NCBI GenBank assembly: GCA_951406725.2
Contig: OX597823.1
Coordinates: 59,706,001-59,770,000 of the forward strand
DNA length: 64,000 nt
Direction of reading: 5' to 3'
DNA from: Octopus vulgaris
Lineage: Eukaryota
Part shown: one piece after another, positions 26,155 to 40,770 of the stretch
How positions within the stretch are numbered: position 1 is the stretch's first letter
How the letters are laid out: every line of letters begins with the position of its first letter
Notes under the pieces: model-generated
Database searches by the model: none
The model's input: the letters and a program-made list of their open reading frames with translations, nothing else
What the model was told of the DNA's origin: nothing
Made by a program: the position numbers and the translations under genes

Positions 26155-26157
<3 letters not shown>
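25752..26157 (+). mobile_element. 3' fragment of a maT/DD37D-type Tc1/mariner transposon
   Basis: Translates WMAENFHDHITPNIWPPNSPDLNPLDYYIWSAVERE...EAVVEAEGGIIE* (stop 26026-26028). It ends in a TIR-like ...ATGCATCCTG before (TA)n. Confidence 0.85.
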
Positions 26158-26200
<43 letters not shown>

Positions 26201-26202
<2 letters not shown>

Positions 26203-26570
26203 TCATCATCATCATTTAACGTCTGCTTTCCATGCTAGCATGGGTTGGACGATTTGACTGAAGTCTGGCGAACTAGATGGCTGCACCAGACTCCAATCTG
26301 ATCTGGCTGAGTTTCTACAGCTGGATGCCCTTCTTATCGCCAACCACTCGAAGAGTGTAGTGGGTGCTTTTACATGCCATCTGCAGGGAGGCCAGCTTGT
26401 TGCTCTGGCAACGATCACACTCATAAGGTACTCTTAGCCCTTTACTAGCGTGGATGCCAGTCATCGAATTTGATTTTGATTTTGATTTTGATTTCACTTG
26501 CCTCAACAGGTCTTCGCAAGCAGAGTTTAGTGTCCAATGAAGAAAAGGTACGCATAAGTGGACTGGTTGC
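26201..26570 (-). mobile_element. RTE 3' UTR/tail fragment
   Basis: Reverse complement of the RTE terminus with (CAT)n. It also shares AGACCTGTTGAG.CAAGT with 15768-15786. Confidence 0.85.
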
Positions 26571-26606
26571 ATATATGTACATATGTGAGTGTATATATAT
26601 GTATAT

Positions 26607-26666
<60 letters not shown>

Positions 26667-26889
26667 GTATGTATATGCATATATGTACATATATGTATAT
26701 GTGTGTATATATATATATATTGGGCTTCTTCTGGTTTCTGTTTACCAAGTTCACTCACAAGGCTTTGGTCAGCCCAGAAGACACTTGCCCAAGATGCCAT
26801 ACAGTGGGACTGAACCTGGAACCATGCAGTTGGGAAGCAAGCTTCTCACCATACATTTTATTACTTTATCATATAAGTAATTACTTTAA

Positions 26890-26934
<45 letters not shown>

Positions 26935-27369
26935 TTCTCTTTTTCTCTCTCTCCCTCATTTATTTACTCACACTTCGTTTTCTGCTTAAAAAAACTGTAT
27001 CTACATAGCTTAAGTCAGAATACAAAATCACACTGGAGAGATCCAATTAAGATTAAAATATATATATGTAATTGGAATTTTATGTTTTTTTAATGTCTCC
27101 ATTCTTTTCATTACTATGAAATAAACTGATTCAATACTAACCCAAACAATAGCTTTAAGGTAGCTAAGTAAGATTATGTCTCTCCCTCACAAAAAATAAA
27201 ATGAATGGATTAATCAAATATTCCAAGAAAATTCTAAGAAAATAGTCATATTTTGCAGTAGTTTATTTGCTTTTCTCATGCAATTCTACTTGAAATGAAG
27301 AGAAATGGCGATTTCTCAATTGAACAGAAATGATAAAAGTTTGGTTAGTTATTTAATAACATGGATGTC

Positions 27370-27540
27370 CACTCTGCTGGGTGGTTGGTGCTAGGAAGGT
27401 CATCCAGCTGTAAAAACCATGCCAAAACAGACACAGAAGTCTTGTGCAGGCTCCTGCCTGGCCAACTCTTGTCAAACTATCCAACCCAATGCCTGCATGA
27501 AAGATGAACATTAAACGATGATGACGATGTTGATGATGGA
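27370..27540 (+). mobile_element. RTE-tail-like repeat ending in (GAT)n
   Basis: GGTTGGTGCTAGGAAGGTCATCCAGCTGTA...CATTAAACGATGATG. Confidence 0.75.
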
Positions 27541-28828
27541 CGTAGATCTATTACTGAGTTTTCTCTGCTTTTTCTTTTAGTTCCAACAATTGAAATACTA
27601 GTTAGCAGACTTGAATAATTGTTAAAGTTAATATTGAGAGATAGAGAGAATGTTAAACTAAACATAAATCAGCTGCAATTTTTTCAGCCGATTCAATGGT
27701 ACAGAAGTAATAATTGATAGCTAACAGCATCTGCTTTCTGAAACTACATTCAAGGTGTTCTTAAAATCTTTAAAACGGATAGACTGTCCTGCATTCTTCT
27801 GTTTATATGACAAGCAGAAGAAAAGAAAAGAAAAGAAAACTAGCATGGTACCATACAATTTCTTTCAGCATTGGATAAATTCTATGACTGAAAAATATGC
27901 TTTGAGGCTCATTAGATTTCAGTTATTTGGCTTTTGATTTTTTTTTACATATATTTCCATGTTTGTTTTATTCGCACTCTAATATCTTATGTTTTAAATC
28001 TGCTGTCACTTACAATAACATTTTCTCTAAGATTTATTCTTCAGCTAACATCTTGAAGCAAAATATATGAGCGACTACACTTCATTTACTTTTCTTTTTA
28101 TTTTCTGCTTCAACGATAAGCCAACCAGCAGTATAAGCACTCTAAAATATGGTCGTCTACCAAGACAATGTGATTGAACTAAAAGTGCAATAAATGGAAA
28201 ATTTCACAACTAAAGCATTAAAGCAAAGTGTAAAAGGAAAATGAAAAATATTGTTTTAACAAATATTGAATGTTTTAACAAATATTAAAGGAGATAATGA
28301 AAGATACATTCTAAATCTTTCTAAATCTCTTATAATCATGAAGATCATGAAGATACTGAAAGTATTTCATAGACATATTTCTTAGTTGGAATTTAAGCTA
28401 AATGTTTGTCAGGTACATTATTTCTTTTTTTTTTCTCTGACATTTGTCTGTCTAAAAATAATGCCATTTTGAAAAATGGCAATTTTCATTTTTATTATTT
28501 TTCAAATAATAATAAATTTGATGCATTATATATGATCCAAATGACATTTTGGCAAAACTAAATTGAATTAAAAATTATTTTAAAATTATTTGACTTTACT
28601 CACAGAGGATTTAACTAAACCATTCTCAAAATATTGCTAGTAGAGACATTGTATCTTTCGGGTAGTTGGCTATAAGTTTTCATTTTAGAATAAGCAAATT
28701 AAATTAGTTGTAGTATTGATATCATACAAACTTCTAGAACATTTCTTCAGTTTTATTTATATACATCAGCTGTCTGAAATTAATTGCTCAACCATCTTAC
28801 AGTTTTAATCAGTGTCATCATGACATCC

Positions 28829-28899
<71 letters not shown>

Positions 28900-29929
28900 T
28901 GGATAGATAGTTATAGATACATATACATACATACATACATACATACATACATACATACATACACATATATACATACATACGTACATATGTACTTACATAC
29001 ATACATACATACATTCATACATTCATACATACATACATGCATGCACACATACATACATACATACATACATACATACATACATACATACATACATACATAC
29101 ATACATACATACATACATACATACATACATACACTCAATCTGTCAGAATCTCAGAGAAAGGTTTTTAAAAAATATGTTTGGTGTTGTTTGGAATTTATTT
29201 CATTTCATTTATCTTTTTTTTATTACTTTTGATGGTGGGTGCTTGCTTTTAATTTTTTACAGATTTGGGATTCACTACCTGATGTTTCATTGCTTATGAC
29301 ACATGTTTTGGACATATATTTTAGATTTATATATCATCTAGTAAAAAAAATATATTATATCTTAATATTAAAAAATATTACATATCAATGCCATGTGATA
29401 TATTCCTATCAGATATTGTTTTAAATTTTTTCTGTTTTAAATCTCACAGATGGCACTATTTTCTTAATGCAATTTCTCTGTTCCAACAGATTTTTTTCTG
29501 TTTTTAATATGCTGCTTTTAGGTGATTACTTCGAGTATCAAAGTTTGATTTGATTGTAAAAAGCATGCATTTGTTGCTGTAAAATCTAAGCAACAGCCTT
29601 AGCCCTTTAAACAGACAGATCTTCCATTCTATGTTTCAGAATTTTTTTTATAATGTGTAAGAAGTTTTTTTTAATTAGTAGATGTGATATAGATTTCTTT
29701 ATTTCTTTCTAACTTCAAAATAATTTCAAATCTATTTCCCCATGCTGAAATGAATTAAACTAACTTGCAATTTATGGATAATTACATTAATACTTGGAGA
29801 AAATTGCTGTCAATATTGTTGCTGTTATTACTGTTGTTGCTGTTGCTGTTGTTGCTGTTGCTGTCCTTGTTTGTCCCCTCTATGTTTAGCCCCCTGTGGG
29901 CAATAAAGAAATAGATATATTTATATAGG

Positions 29930-30065
29930 CAGGGCATCCAGGTGTAGAAACTATTCCAAACCAGACTGGAAGTTGATGCTGCTCTCCAGCTTACCAATTC
30001 CAGTCAAACCATCTAACCCATACCAGCATGGAAAGCAGATGCTAAAAGATGATGATGATGAGGAT
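29930..30065 (+). mobile_element. RTE-tail-like repeat ending in (GAT)n
   Basis: AGGGCATCCAGGTGTAGAAAC...CCAGCATGGAAAGCAGATGCTAAAAGATGATG. Confidence 0.7.
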
Positions 30066-30104
30066 GATATATAAAGAGAGAAAGAGAGAGAGAAAAGAGA
30101 GAAA

Positions 30105-30125
30105 TACATACATATATACACACAC

Positions 30126-30158
<33 letters not shown>

Positions 30159-30403
30159 CACACACACATACATACATACATACATACATACATACATACA
30201 TACATAATACATACATACATATATACACACACACATACATACATACATACATACATACATACATACATACATACATACATCATACATACATACATACATA
30301 CATATATACACACACACACATACATACATATATACATACATACATACATACATACATACATACATACATACATACATACATACATACATACATACATACA
30401 TAC
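30105..30403. repeat. (TACA)n microsatellite (similar tracts at 8910-9122 and 28918-29132)
   Basis: Directly visible. Confidence 0.97.
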
Positions 30404-32518
30404 AAAGGAGCCTTGGATCTAAGTTAGAAACTAGCTCTTTCTCTAATGGCAAGAAGTCTTGAAATAAAACTGAATGACGTATATACGTTTATAGACACTT
30501 GAGCTGAGACAGCAAATTGGCAGAGTTGTTACAGTGTTGGACAGAATCCGTTATGTTGTTTGTTCTGGCAGTCAGCACTCTAAGTTCAAATCCTCCAAAG
30601 ATTTGTTTTACAATCTTTATCCTTTGAAGTTTGATAAGAAAAGTACAAGTCCAAGGTGGGGGATTAAGGAAACTGCTGAGGCCTCAACTGACATATGTTA
30701 TGGTCTCCATTCCAATTTGTTATGTTCTGAGTTCAAATTTGGCCTGCTAACACTCTGCTCCTTAAAGTGCAAAATGGATCTTTTTTGGAGTCAGTTAATT
30801 GTGATGAACTTACTCCAAACCAATCAATGTCTGATTGAACCACAAAATTATTAAAGCAGTAACTCGGTCACAATAATAAAATGGCCCATTCAACATAAAA
30901 TAGCATAAATAGATGTTAAGAAAACATAATCAATTTATTTATTTCTTGCAGCTGGACACATATTAATTTATGTGCCAATCAAGTTACAATTGTATAAATG
31001 TTACAAACGGTGTGCTGATACTCTGTGAGTTTTCAAATCCTTTCTAAATATATCAAATAATTATACATGAGCGAAGGAAAAAATAAATTATCAAGTATAT
31101 TATTTATATTGATTTAGTTCATCCAAACCATTCCAAAAAGAATCTTAAAGTTATGATTCTAATAATAGCTATGACAATCATATTATGAACAGGAAATAGA
31201 AAATAAAGAAAGAATGAAATCTGAAAAAAGAAAGAAAATTGAGACAGATGGAGAATGAATACAAGAGATTGAATAAATGGATAGGGGAAAGAAAGATATA
31301 TGTTGGAAATTTTGTTTTTCTTAATGCTAACTTACATTATATATTTGCTGTGACAGTTTCATATAGATTTGCATTGAAGCAGAACATGCTTTGGTCAGGT
31401 TGTAGCCAATTAGCTTACATTCCAATATATTGAAATAAATACAGGTGCTTGTTCAAGCAGACAAAACCAATTAAATACAACATTGAGGCCCTGTTGAATT
31501 GCATGGCCCCATATAAAGTACTTGATGATAATATCCACATGTTATGAGGCATTCGTTTATAAGTCGCCTTTTAAATTTGCATTTCATCTGGTTATTGTAT
31601 CTATTTGACATGCTATTTATTAGTGCAAAAATATAAATTAATATACAGATGTGTTGATGTCTACTTACACATGGGTCACAGGTAAGAAAGATGATGAACA
31701 GGCCTATCATCTTTTCTCACTTCATATCCATTAGAGTAGCTTTTACAGTAGGTAACAGACAAAGAATTGCATTCATGTCACCACCAACACCACCACCACC
31801 ACCACCACCACCATCACCACCAATCCCATTGAGAAAGAAAGGGGAAATTTTATATAAATCTTATATAACTAGATTATCTATTTGCTGATAACAGAACCCA
31901 TGGTTTGTTCCGATATTATTATGAAAGAAAATATGAAAAGCTGCCAGACGTAAATGCCTTGATTGGAGGTATAAACAAATATGTTATTGATATATAACAG
32001 TTAGATGAGTTGAGTTGCATTGAGTTAGAAGAGAATAAAATACAAGAAAACAAGAGGTAAACTACAGTATTTAAGAATTGTATATCAGTGTTTATGACAG
32101 ATCCTAATTGACTTTGAATAAAATAGTAATATAATAATGTTGTGAGAATATATACAATTAGAACGAGACGTATCTCTGTTATTAAAATTTAGGTTTGAGG
32201 GAGAAAATAATGCCTACAAGAGACATGAAAGAATTGGTTTATTGATGATAATAATAGAGTAGGAATTTTATCTCGTCAGAAAACAAATATTAGATAGTTC
32301 TTCAGTTATGGTTTTAGGGGGTTTGCTCGCTTATTAAAAGGAAAAAATTTTTAAATGTCAAACAAATATATGAAAGGATTAATCAGGAAAATGTGCTATC
32401 ATGGTAAGGGACAAAGGTGACATCTCTTCCTATTGATATTAGATAATAATAATAACGATAATAATAATAATAATAATAATAATGATAATAATAATAATAA
32501 TAATAATACTAATAATAA

Positions 32519-32660
32519 CCACACACATTCCATGTAAAACACTTTCAGTACATTGAAAATAAGAGCACCACAACAAACCAATATTGCACATACCCAAGGC
32601 ACTCAGAGCTGCACTTGGTAGTGCAGTGAAAGCACGTGATAAAAATAAGACTGCTGAATA
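32519..32660 (+). mobile_element. 3' end of a second R4/Dong-like LINE family inserted in (AAT)n
   Basis: The ORF end HIPCKTLSVH* (cf. R4/Dong TAHILRK.L) is followed by a short UTR. (AAT)n lies on both sides. Confidence 0.55.
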
Positions 32661-32672
32661 ATAATAATAATG

Positions 32673-32780
<108 letters not shown>

Positions 32781-33069
32781 GTTGTTATTATTATTATTAT
32801 TTTTATTATTGTTATTATCATTATTATTATCATTACTATAATAATAGTAAAAAGATTAAGATTGGTACTTGGATGTTGATTGTCTTTCGCAATAATTAAC
32901 AACCAATTATCAAAGCTTATAATGTGTGGTAAAAGACCCTGTGAGAACTCTGATAACAGGCTGCTGTCTGCTCTCAGAATCAACCAGAGCTAACAAGACC
33001 AAGTGCTCTGAGAAGTAAAACTATAATAATAATAATAATAATAATAACAATAATAATTTTTTTCTGCTA

Positions 33070-33290
33070 TAGACACAAAGCCTGGAACTTTGCGGAAGAG
33101 AGAGCTAGCTGATTAAATTGTTCCAAATGCTCAACTAGCACTTATTTTGTCAACCCTGAAAGGATGAAAGGCAAAGGTGACCTTAGTAGAATTTGAACTG
33201 AGACTGTAAAGATGGATGAAATGCTGCTAAGCTGTTTGACCAACATGCAAACAATTCTGACAGCTCATTGCCTTTATGATGATGATGATG

Positions 33291-33327
<37 letters not shown>

Positions 33328-33650
33328 CAATATTATTTATCTCACTTGTAACTGCTTTGAGAGCTACAGCATTCAGATGCTCCAGTGGGGTTTTGTGTAT
33401 AAAGAGAGTTACTAATTAATATTTGTTATATTATAAGGCAGCAAGCTGGCAGAATCATGAGAATGCCAGCTAAAATGCTTTGCAGTATTTTACTCCACCT
33501 TTACATTCTGAGTTCAAATTCCACCAAGATGGACTTTGCCTTTCATCCTTTCAGGGTCGATAAAATAAATACTAGGTGAATGCTGGAGTCGATGTAATCG
33601 ACTTACTCCCTCCCCCACAATTGCTGGCCTTGTGCCAAAATCTAAAATCA
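33070..33650. mobile_element. Two SINE family B copies, divergently oriented (minus 33070-33275; plus 33435-33650)
   Basis: Family B motifs in both orientations. Confidence 0.8.
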
Positions 33651-33779
33651 ATATTTGTCATAGTTTTGTAATGCCTAAAAATTCACAGTATGTGAATGAG
33701 GAAATATTCCTTTGAAATGAAAATATTTTTGTGAAATACGTTGATAACTGTTGTACCATACTTAAAATGCCACCAAAAT

Positions 33780-34200
33780 TTTGGTGCTCATTAATAACTA
33801 AAGGAATTTTGACTGCTACAATTAGTTATATAAATTTGAGATTTGTTGACTTTAGCAATATCATTCAGGATTTCCCCCAATCTTGATTCACAGTAAATGC
33901 ATTTGATGTAATGATGCACAAAATTATTTGCATGTTTCCAATAATCTCCTACATCAGTACAAATTCCTTTTATACTCAAACATTTGAGCTTCAGATTAGA
34001 CTTAATCACATGGGGTTGATGATTGGTGTGATAGAACAGATAAATGTGGGATGATGTCAGTTTGCAATATTGTTCTCTCACTACACCGCTTTCTGAAAGT
34101 CTATGCAAATTTTTGGAGAACTACAAGAATTTCATGTTGGACTTAAAACTCGTCACAGGAGCTATATCATAATTACAAAACTTCAGTTAGACTTATAAAA
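33780..34200 (-). mobile_element. Penelope-like RT C-terminal remnant
   Basis: ORF 33791-34108, YCKLTSSHIYLFYHTNHQPHVIKS...IKGICTDVGDY...HYIKCIY, resembles the PLE motif YxKPTDSHxYLxxxSxHPxHxxxS...RICS...F.xRGY. Confidence 0.65.
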
Positions 34201-34270
34201 AAAGACACCATTAATGAACTGCAACCAGAGTCTGGTTTCATGACTGTACAGGGATTTAAATATCTTTAAT

Positions 34271-34915
34271 ATCATGTACATGTTTTGTTTTGGTATAAAA
34301 AGATGGGTTACAGCAAATATTCTGCTCAATACCACAAATTTGCTTGTCAGTTGCTTGACCATAACCAGTTTAGTAAGACCCTTTGGCTGACAATATGTGC
34401 ATCTCTGATCATGACCAAGAATTAGTGTGGGAGCATCATAGCCATGTGTTAAGAGGAAGTCTTTGGAGTTTGAATAAGTCACCTCTGGAAACGTGAGTGC
34501 TTCATTCAACATTCTTAAACAACCCTTATTCAAGGACCCCTTGAATGGGATGGGCTACTCGACCTGAAGCAAATTCTAACTGGGACCCACCTGCAAGGTC
34601 ATGTGCTGTTTATCTTGATATGAGTTCACCATGTTGAGGACATATGGTTGTGATGCATGTGCCTGGAGTACCCTTATCAGACAGGTAGTCATGATGCATA
34701 TAATGGGTTTCATACATTTTACCCCAGTGTCACTTTGATGGCATGCACTGCTCTCTCACTAAGTAATAATAATAATAAAATAATAATGATAATAATAGTA
34801 ATAATAATAATAATAGTAATAATAATAATAATTATGTTAATAATAATAATAATAATAATAATAATTATAATAATAATAATAATTATAATAATAATAATAA
34901 TAATAATAATAAGAA
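34271..34915 (+). mobile_element. (AAT)n-tailed LINE 3' UTR (same family as 9661-10146)
   Basis: Colinear with 9678-10109. It retains a segment (~34455-34545) that the 9.8-kb copy replaces with a short local duplication. Confidence 0.8.
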
Positions 34916-34929
34916 GAAGAAGAAGAATA

Positions 34930-35130
34930 GTTTCAAATTTTTCCACAAGGGCAGCAATTTTTGAGGAGGGGATAAGCCGATTATATCAACCCTAGTTTTC
35001 AACTGGTACTTAATTTATCAAAAGGATGAAAAGCAAAGTCGACCTCAGTTGAATTTGAACTCAGAACATAGTGACAGACAAAATACCACTGAGAATTTTA
35101 CCTAGCATGCTAATTATTCTACCAACTCAC
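34930..35130 (-). mobile_element. SINE family B
   Basis: Reverse complement of the family B body. Confidence 0.78.
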
Positions 35131-35566
35131 CACCATAATGATAAGGAAGAGGAGAAGAAGAAGAAGAAGAACAACAACAACAACAAGTTTAAACAAGAAG
35201 AAGAAGAAGAAGAAGAACAACAACAACAACAATAACAAGAAAGATGATGATGACAACGACAACGATGACGACGATAACGATGATGATGATGGTCATCATC
35301 ATCATCATGACATTGATAATAAACACCACAACAGCAAGAAAATAAATATAACAAAATGCAAAAATAAAAGGAATGCAAGTATTTATGTGACATTTTTTAC
35401 AAAAGAGCTATTTAGTGTGAGATAATGACTATGTGTGTATGTATGTTTGTGCATGTCTATATACAAAAATACACAATTAATGCAATTATACATATACACA
35501 TATATATATGCACACACCTGTATATTCACATACATATGTATATATGCATATACAAATAAATATTTA

Positions 35567-35610
<44 letters not shown>

Positions 35611-37014
35611 TATACATATATATACACACATATGTATATACACATGCATATCTATATATATAAACATGTATACATACATATGTGTGTATATATATATATA
35701 TACACATATATATACATACATTTATATACGTGTACATACACATACATATATACATATACATATATACTACACATGTACTTCCACACTCACACACACACAC
35801 ACGTGTGCACACGTACACACATGTCATGCAGATTGTTGATATTTAAGCAACCATTGTGCTTGCAAATATGGAGAATTCATTTAAAAAATGCTCAAAAGAA
35901 AACTAGAATTTTTTTTTTACTTTTTCTGTTTTTTTACACAAAAGAAAAACGTAATTTGTAGTAATTTAAGAATTTATTGAAACAACGATTCCACTGATGA
36001 AATAATAGCGTAAATGTTTTATTTTATTTTATTTTATTTTTTGCTTTCTGGAATTTATTTATTTATATATTTATCTATTTATTTTATAATTGCTTAATAT
36101 TTTGTTTTGTTTTTCTTGAAAGTAAATGCTAATTGGAGATTTATATGCACTGCTAAATAATAGTAGGAGTCTACTGGGGCCTTCAAAACCCACACTAAGT
36201 AGGAATTAATTTCGATAATAACCGTTTAAGTAATTTCATCAAGATTATAGGATTAAATGTTTTGAAGTGGTATGTGTGTAGTAATGCAATAATGTCGATG
36301 ATAACAGTGATTTACAATGGTAAAAGATGATGATGCTGCTACAACTGATGATGACGATGATGATCATCATCATCATGTTGATGAATGATGATGAGGAAGA
36401 AGGAGAGATGGAGGAAGAGATGGGAGAGGAGAAACATAAGAGGGTGAACAATGGCGATGATTGCAATGACGATGATGATATTGATCACAGCAGTCTTGAG
36501 TGGGGGAGGGGCACTAGTGGTGGGGGTGGTGGTGGTGGTGGTAGTGTTGTTGTTGGTGGTAGTGGTGGTGGTGGTAGTGTTGTTGTTGGTGGTGGTGGTG
36601 ATGGGGGTAGTGGTTTGTGTTTGATTGAAATGTAAATCTAAACACTGGAGTAAGCTTAGTTACCATTGAATAAACTTCTGGTGGAACCAGATTTGTGGGA
36701 AGGCAGAACGAATGGAGGAATGAATGAATAAATGAAGAAAGGAACGAAGGAAATATTTTCAATGTTTAGTTAACTGGCCAAAAATACATAACTTGGGTAC
36801 TATAATAATTATGTTTGGAACAGTCATGGGCATTGTGTGGTCTGCAAAACCTTTTGAATGGCACACCTAAGTTCTAAAGGAAAATAACATTTATTGAAAG
36901 TACCTTGAATATTTTTAGTTGTGCAGCCCACCTAAGGATGAGTCATGTCTCATGTAGTCCACTTCTTGAAATAGATTGCTTTCTTCCTGGTTTAGAGTAT
37001 TTATTTGTCACAGT

Positions 37015-37900
37015 AAGGTGGTGAGCTGGCAGAATTGTTAGCACACTGGACAAAACTCTTAGTAGAATTTCATCCATTTTCTTCTTGCTTCTTCTTATTT
37101 CTTTGCTGCCCATAAGGGGCTAAACATAGAGGGGACAAACAAGGACAGACAAAGGGATTCAGTCGATTACATCGACCCCAGTGTGTAATTGATACTTATT
37201 TAATCGTCCCCGAAAGGATGAAAGGCTAAGTCGACCTTGGCGGAATTTGAACTCAGAACGTAGAGGCAGACAAAATACCGCTAGGCATTTTGCCCGGTGT
37301 GCTAACGTTTCTGCTAATTCGCCACCTTACTTCTTCTCGTAATGGCATTCACCCATGAAGGGTTAAGCTGGCTCCTATTGAGTTCACCATGTTGTGAGTT
37401 CATAGGAGTTTCAAGCGATGATCAGAGTCTGTGAAAATAGTTCCGGTCTGTATTCATAAGCCACTATATATGACTGGTGGTTACCCATCCTTGTGTTATG
37501 CCTTCTCACAGCACGATATGCACAGACGTAATCCAATGCTACCAGGAAGCCCCTGGATTCCAGAACAGATGCTGCCTGGAATTCCCCATTGCCCTCTAGT
37601 TAGCCAGGTTGTAGCCCTAGCACCACTGGTATCAGACTTGTCCACCTTCAGTGGCCCTTTCAGAGATTCAAAGTCCCTGACGACATAGCTCTGACACTCA
37701 CTCAGTTAACCTTCCCACCATGATGAGGTCAAGGGTTGAGCTATGAGGAAGGATTTCATCCATCTGTATGTTCTTAGTGCAAATTACTCCACGGTCAACT
37801 TTGCCTTTCATCCTTTCGGGATCTATAAAATAAGCCCAAATGCAATTGACAAACCCCTTTCCATTATAATTTCAGGCTTTGTGCCTATAGTAAATAGGAT
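37015..37900. mobile_element. Nested insertion: SINE B (+) split by a 675-bp minus-strand retroposon, itself carrying a full SINE B (-, 37095-37329)
   Basis: The TSD ATTTCATCCAT lies at 37067-37077 and 37753-37763. SINE B resumes in register after 37763. A (CTT)n tail sits at the left end of the insert. Confidence 0.8.
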
Positions 37901-38806
37901 TTATTTATTACAGTGTACAAAATAATTACCCTGCCATGGATGGTACTCCTTAGAAACCAATTCCAATTTTTCTTCTTTCTCTTGTTTCAATTATTGGACT
38001 ATGGCCATGCTCAGGCACTGTCTTGAATAAATTAGTCAAACAGCTCAATGCCAGTAGATATTTGACATTTTTTCTACAGGGACATAAACAACCCAACACC
38101 GGTTGTCAAGCAGTGGGTGGAGTGGGGGGAGGCATACACAAACACATGTACACATATACACATGTACATCAACTTTTTCTAGCCAAAAGGTCATTTAAAA
38201 AAAATCTAATACCTATGTACTATTATTTTATCTGCTTTGAGTTTCACTATTCAACAAAAAAGAAAAAAGAAAAAGAACTGTTTTACACTCTCTTGGCTTC
38301 TAAATTCTTCAGATGTCATCAGTTCCATTGAATGGCATTTTAGGCAAGAGTCTTCTTCTATAACCCTGAGCTGAGCAAAGCCTTTTGAGAGGATTTGAGT
38401 ATTTGGGAGATGGAAATTTGAAGATATGTATGTGTGCATGTGTGTGCACGTGTGTGTATCTTTGTGTTTGTCTCCCACCATTGCTTGATGATAAGTGTTG
38501 GATGGTTCATGTCCCTGTAACTTCATGGTTCAGCAAGAGAGACTGATAGAATAAGTACTATGCTTTAAAAAAAATAGTACTACAGAATCTATTCACAAGG
38601 CATTTGTAGACCCAGGGCTATAGTAGAAGTTACTTACTCAAGGTGTCATACGATGGGAATAGATTTGAGACTAAGCAATGAGACAATGAGAAAGGAATAT
38701 TTTATGATCTGCATATGTCAAAGTAGAAATTAGCCATGTGTGTGAGTGTCTTAGAATCATTGTCGTCGTCATCATCATCATCACCACCACCACCACCACC
38801 ACCACC

Positions 38807-38840
<34 letters not shown>

Positions 38841-38867
38841 TCATCATCGTCGTCGTCGTCGTCGTCG

Positions 38868-38915
<48 letters not shown>

Positions 38916-39216
38916 CCCCCATTAAACTCCTTTCTTCTTCATGATCATATCATTAATGTTATCACAATTGTGATCACCATCCTCATCAAATATTTTCCCT
39001 AATACAACCACTGCCACCACCACCACCACCACCGCCACTATCACCTCCACCACTACTGCCACCATCACTATCCTCCTTCTCCTTCCCCTCCTTTTCTTCA
39101 TCATCTTCATCTCCCACTTCTTCATTATCTTCATTATCATCAACATCAACAACCATAATATCATCATTATCATTATCATCATTATCATCATCAACAGCAT
39201 AACCATCACTGTCATC

Positions 39217-39248
<32 letters not shown>

Positions 39249-39749
39249 ATCTATTTACCTATACTGGCATAGATTGGACATATCTGTTATACAGCATGCA
39301 ATTGCCATGTGTCTCTATCTTTTGTCCTTTTGTGTATAAGTGACAGCATTTTCTATCATGACCTCATCTCTTTGTCTTCAGAAGCATTCCTCTGCCATGT
39401 GTACGTCTTTCAATAACAACTCACTTCCTCTTGTCTATTTGCATTACATGTCTATACCACGACAATCACCTCCTATGCATACATTAACCGATATATTTAA
39501 TGGCGACCTACTCACTTTTACTCTGCCTTTCTTCCAACCGAATGTCATGCATGCTATGAATTATACTCAAACGAACATTTCTTTCCATCCTTCTCCATTC
39601 TTGCACATTCAATATCAATGACTCAATTCACGCTCTATCATACTTTTTATTTGTGCTTCTTATTCTCACTAAAAAGTCCCAGCTTTTGGCCACACTGTCT
39701 TCTATACTACTATTCTAATGGCCTCTGTTTCTCAGATTTGGCCGGTTGT

Positions 39750-39990
39750 CATCATCATCATCATCATCATCGTTTAACATCCATTTTCCATGCTAGCATG
39801 GGTTGGGCGGTTTGACCAGGTTCTGGGAAGCCTGGAGGCTGCACCAGGCTCCAGTCTGATCTGGCAGAGTTTCTACAGCTGGATGCCCTTCCTAACACCA
39901 ACCACTCTGCGAGTGTAGTGGGTGCTTTTTACGTGCCTCCAGCATGGGTATCACAACTACAATTTCCATTTGATTTTTGATTTTTGATTT
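39750..39990 (-). mobile_element. RTE 3' tail fragment
   Basis: (CAT)n-CGTTTAAC...CTGGATGCCCTTCC...GGGTGCTTTTTACGTGCC...GGTATCACAACTAC. Confidence 0.85.
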
Positions 39991-40554
39991 TGTATTTAAT
40001 TAGAGAGTATGATAGGTAGCTTAATGGGAATTTAGTTACATCCCATTAGTATAGGAAAAAACCTTTCATAGTTCTGTTAGATTAAATAAATAACCAGTCA
40101 AATACTGAAATAGATGAAATCCATTCTACTAATTTTCTAAATTACTGTTCTAATTACTTAACGCAGTATCATACGTATGTGGAAGTATGTATTGCATAAG
40201 GGCTATTAAATGAACTCAAGATGGGAAATAACAAAAGTGTCCAGAGACAAGTTTTACAACAGTAAGTATACATCTGTAGTTATGCCATATATATTACAAC
40301 TGCAGAAATGTTATAAAGCAAACTGGTAAGACATTTCAGTTGTTAAAACATTATAGATATTTATTGTGAGTTTGTCTATTCTGGCACTCTTGACACACTC
40401 GTCCAACTTTCATTCATCCTTCTTATACACATTCCTCATTAATCATTACATTCAGTACTCGGTCCTTTCTCCCCAGAATACCACCCCACCGGAATCTCGC
40501 TTCTGTTCATGTCTTTCTTGCTGATGTTGACATGCAACACTTTAAGCAAAATAT

Positions 40555-40770
40555 TGATTTCAAATTTTGGCACAAGGCCAGCAATCTTAGGAGAAGGTGC
40601 AAGTCAATTACAGCAACCACAGTTTTCAACTGATATCTTTTTTATTGACTTTGAAATAATGAAAGATAAAGTCTACTTCAGTGATATTTGAACTTGGGAC
40701 ATAAAGACAGACAAAATACCATTTATCATTTAGCCTGGTGTGGTAATGATTCTGCCAGCTCACCACCTTA
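40555..40770 (-). mobile_element. SINE family B (diverged)
   Basis: GGCACAAGGCCAGCAAT...ATTTGAACT...TTCTGCCAGCTCACCACCTT. Confidence 0.75.
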
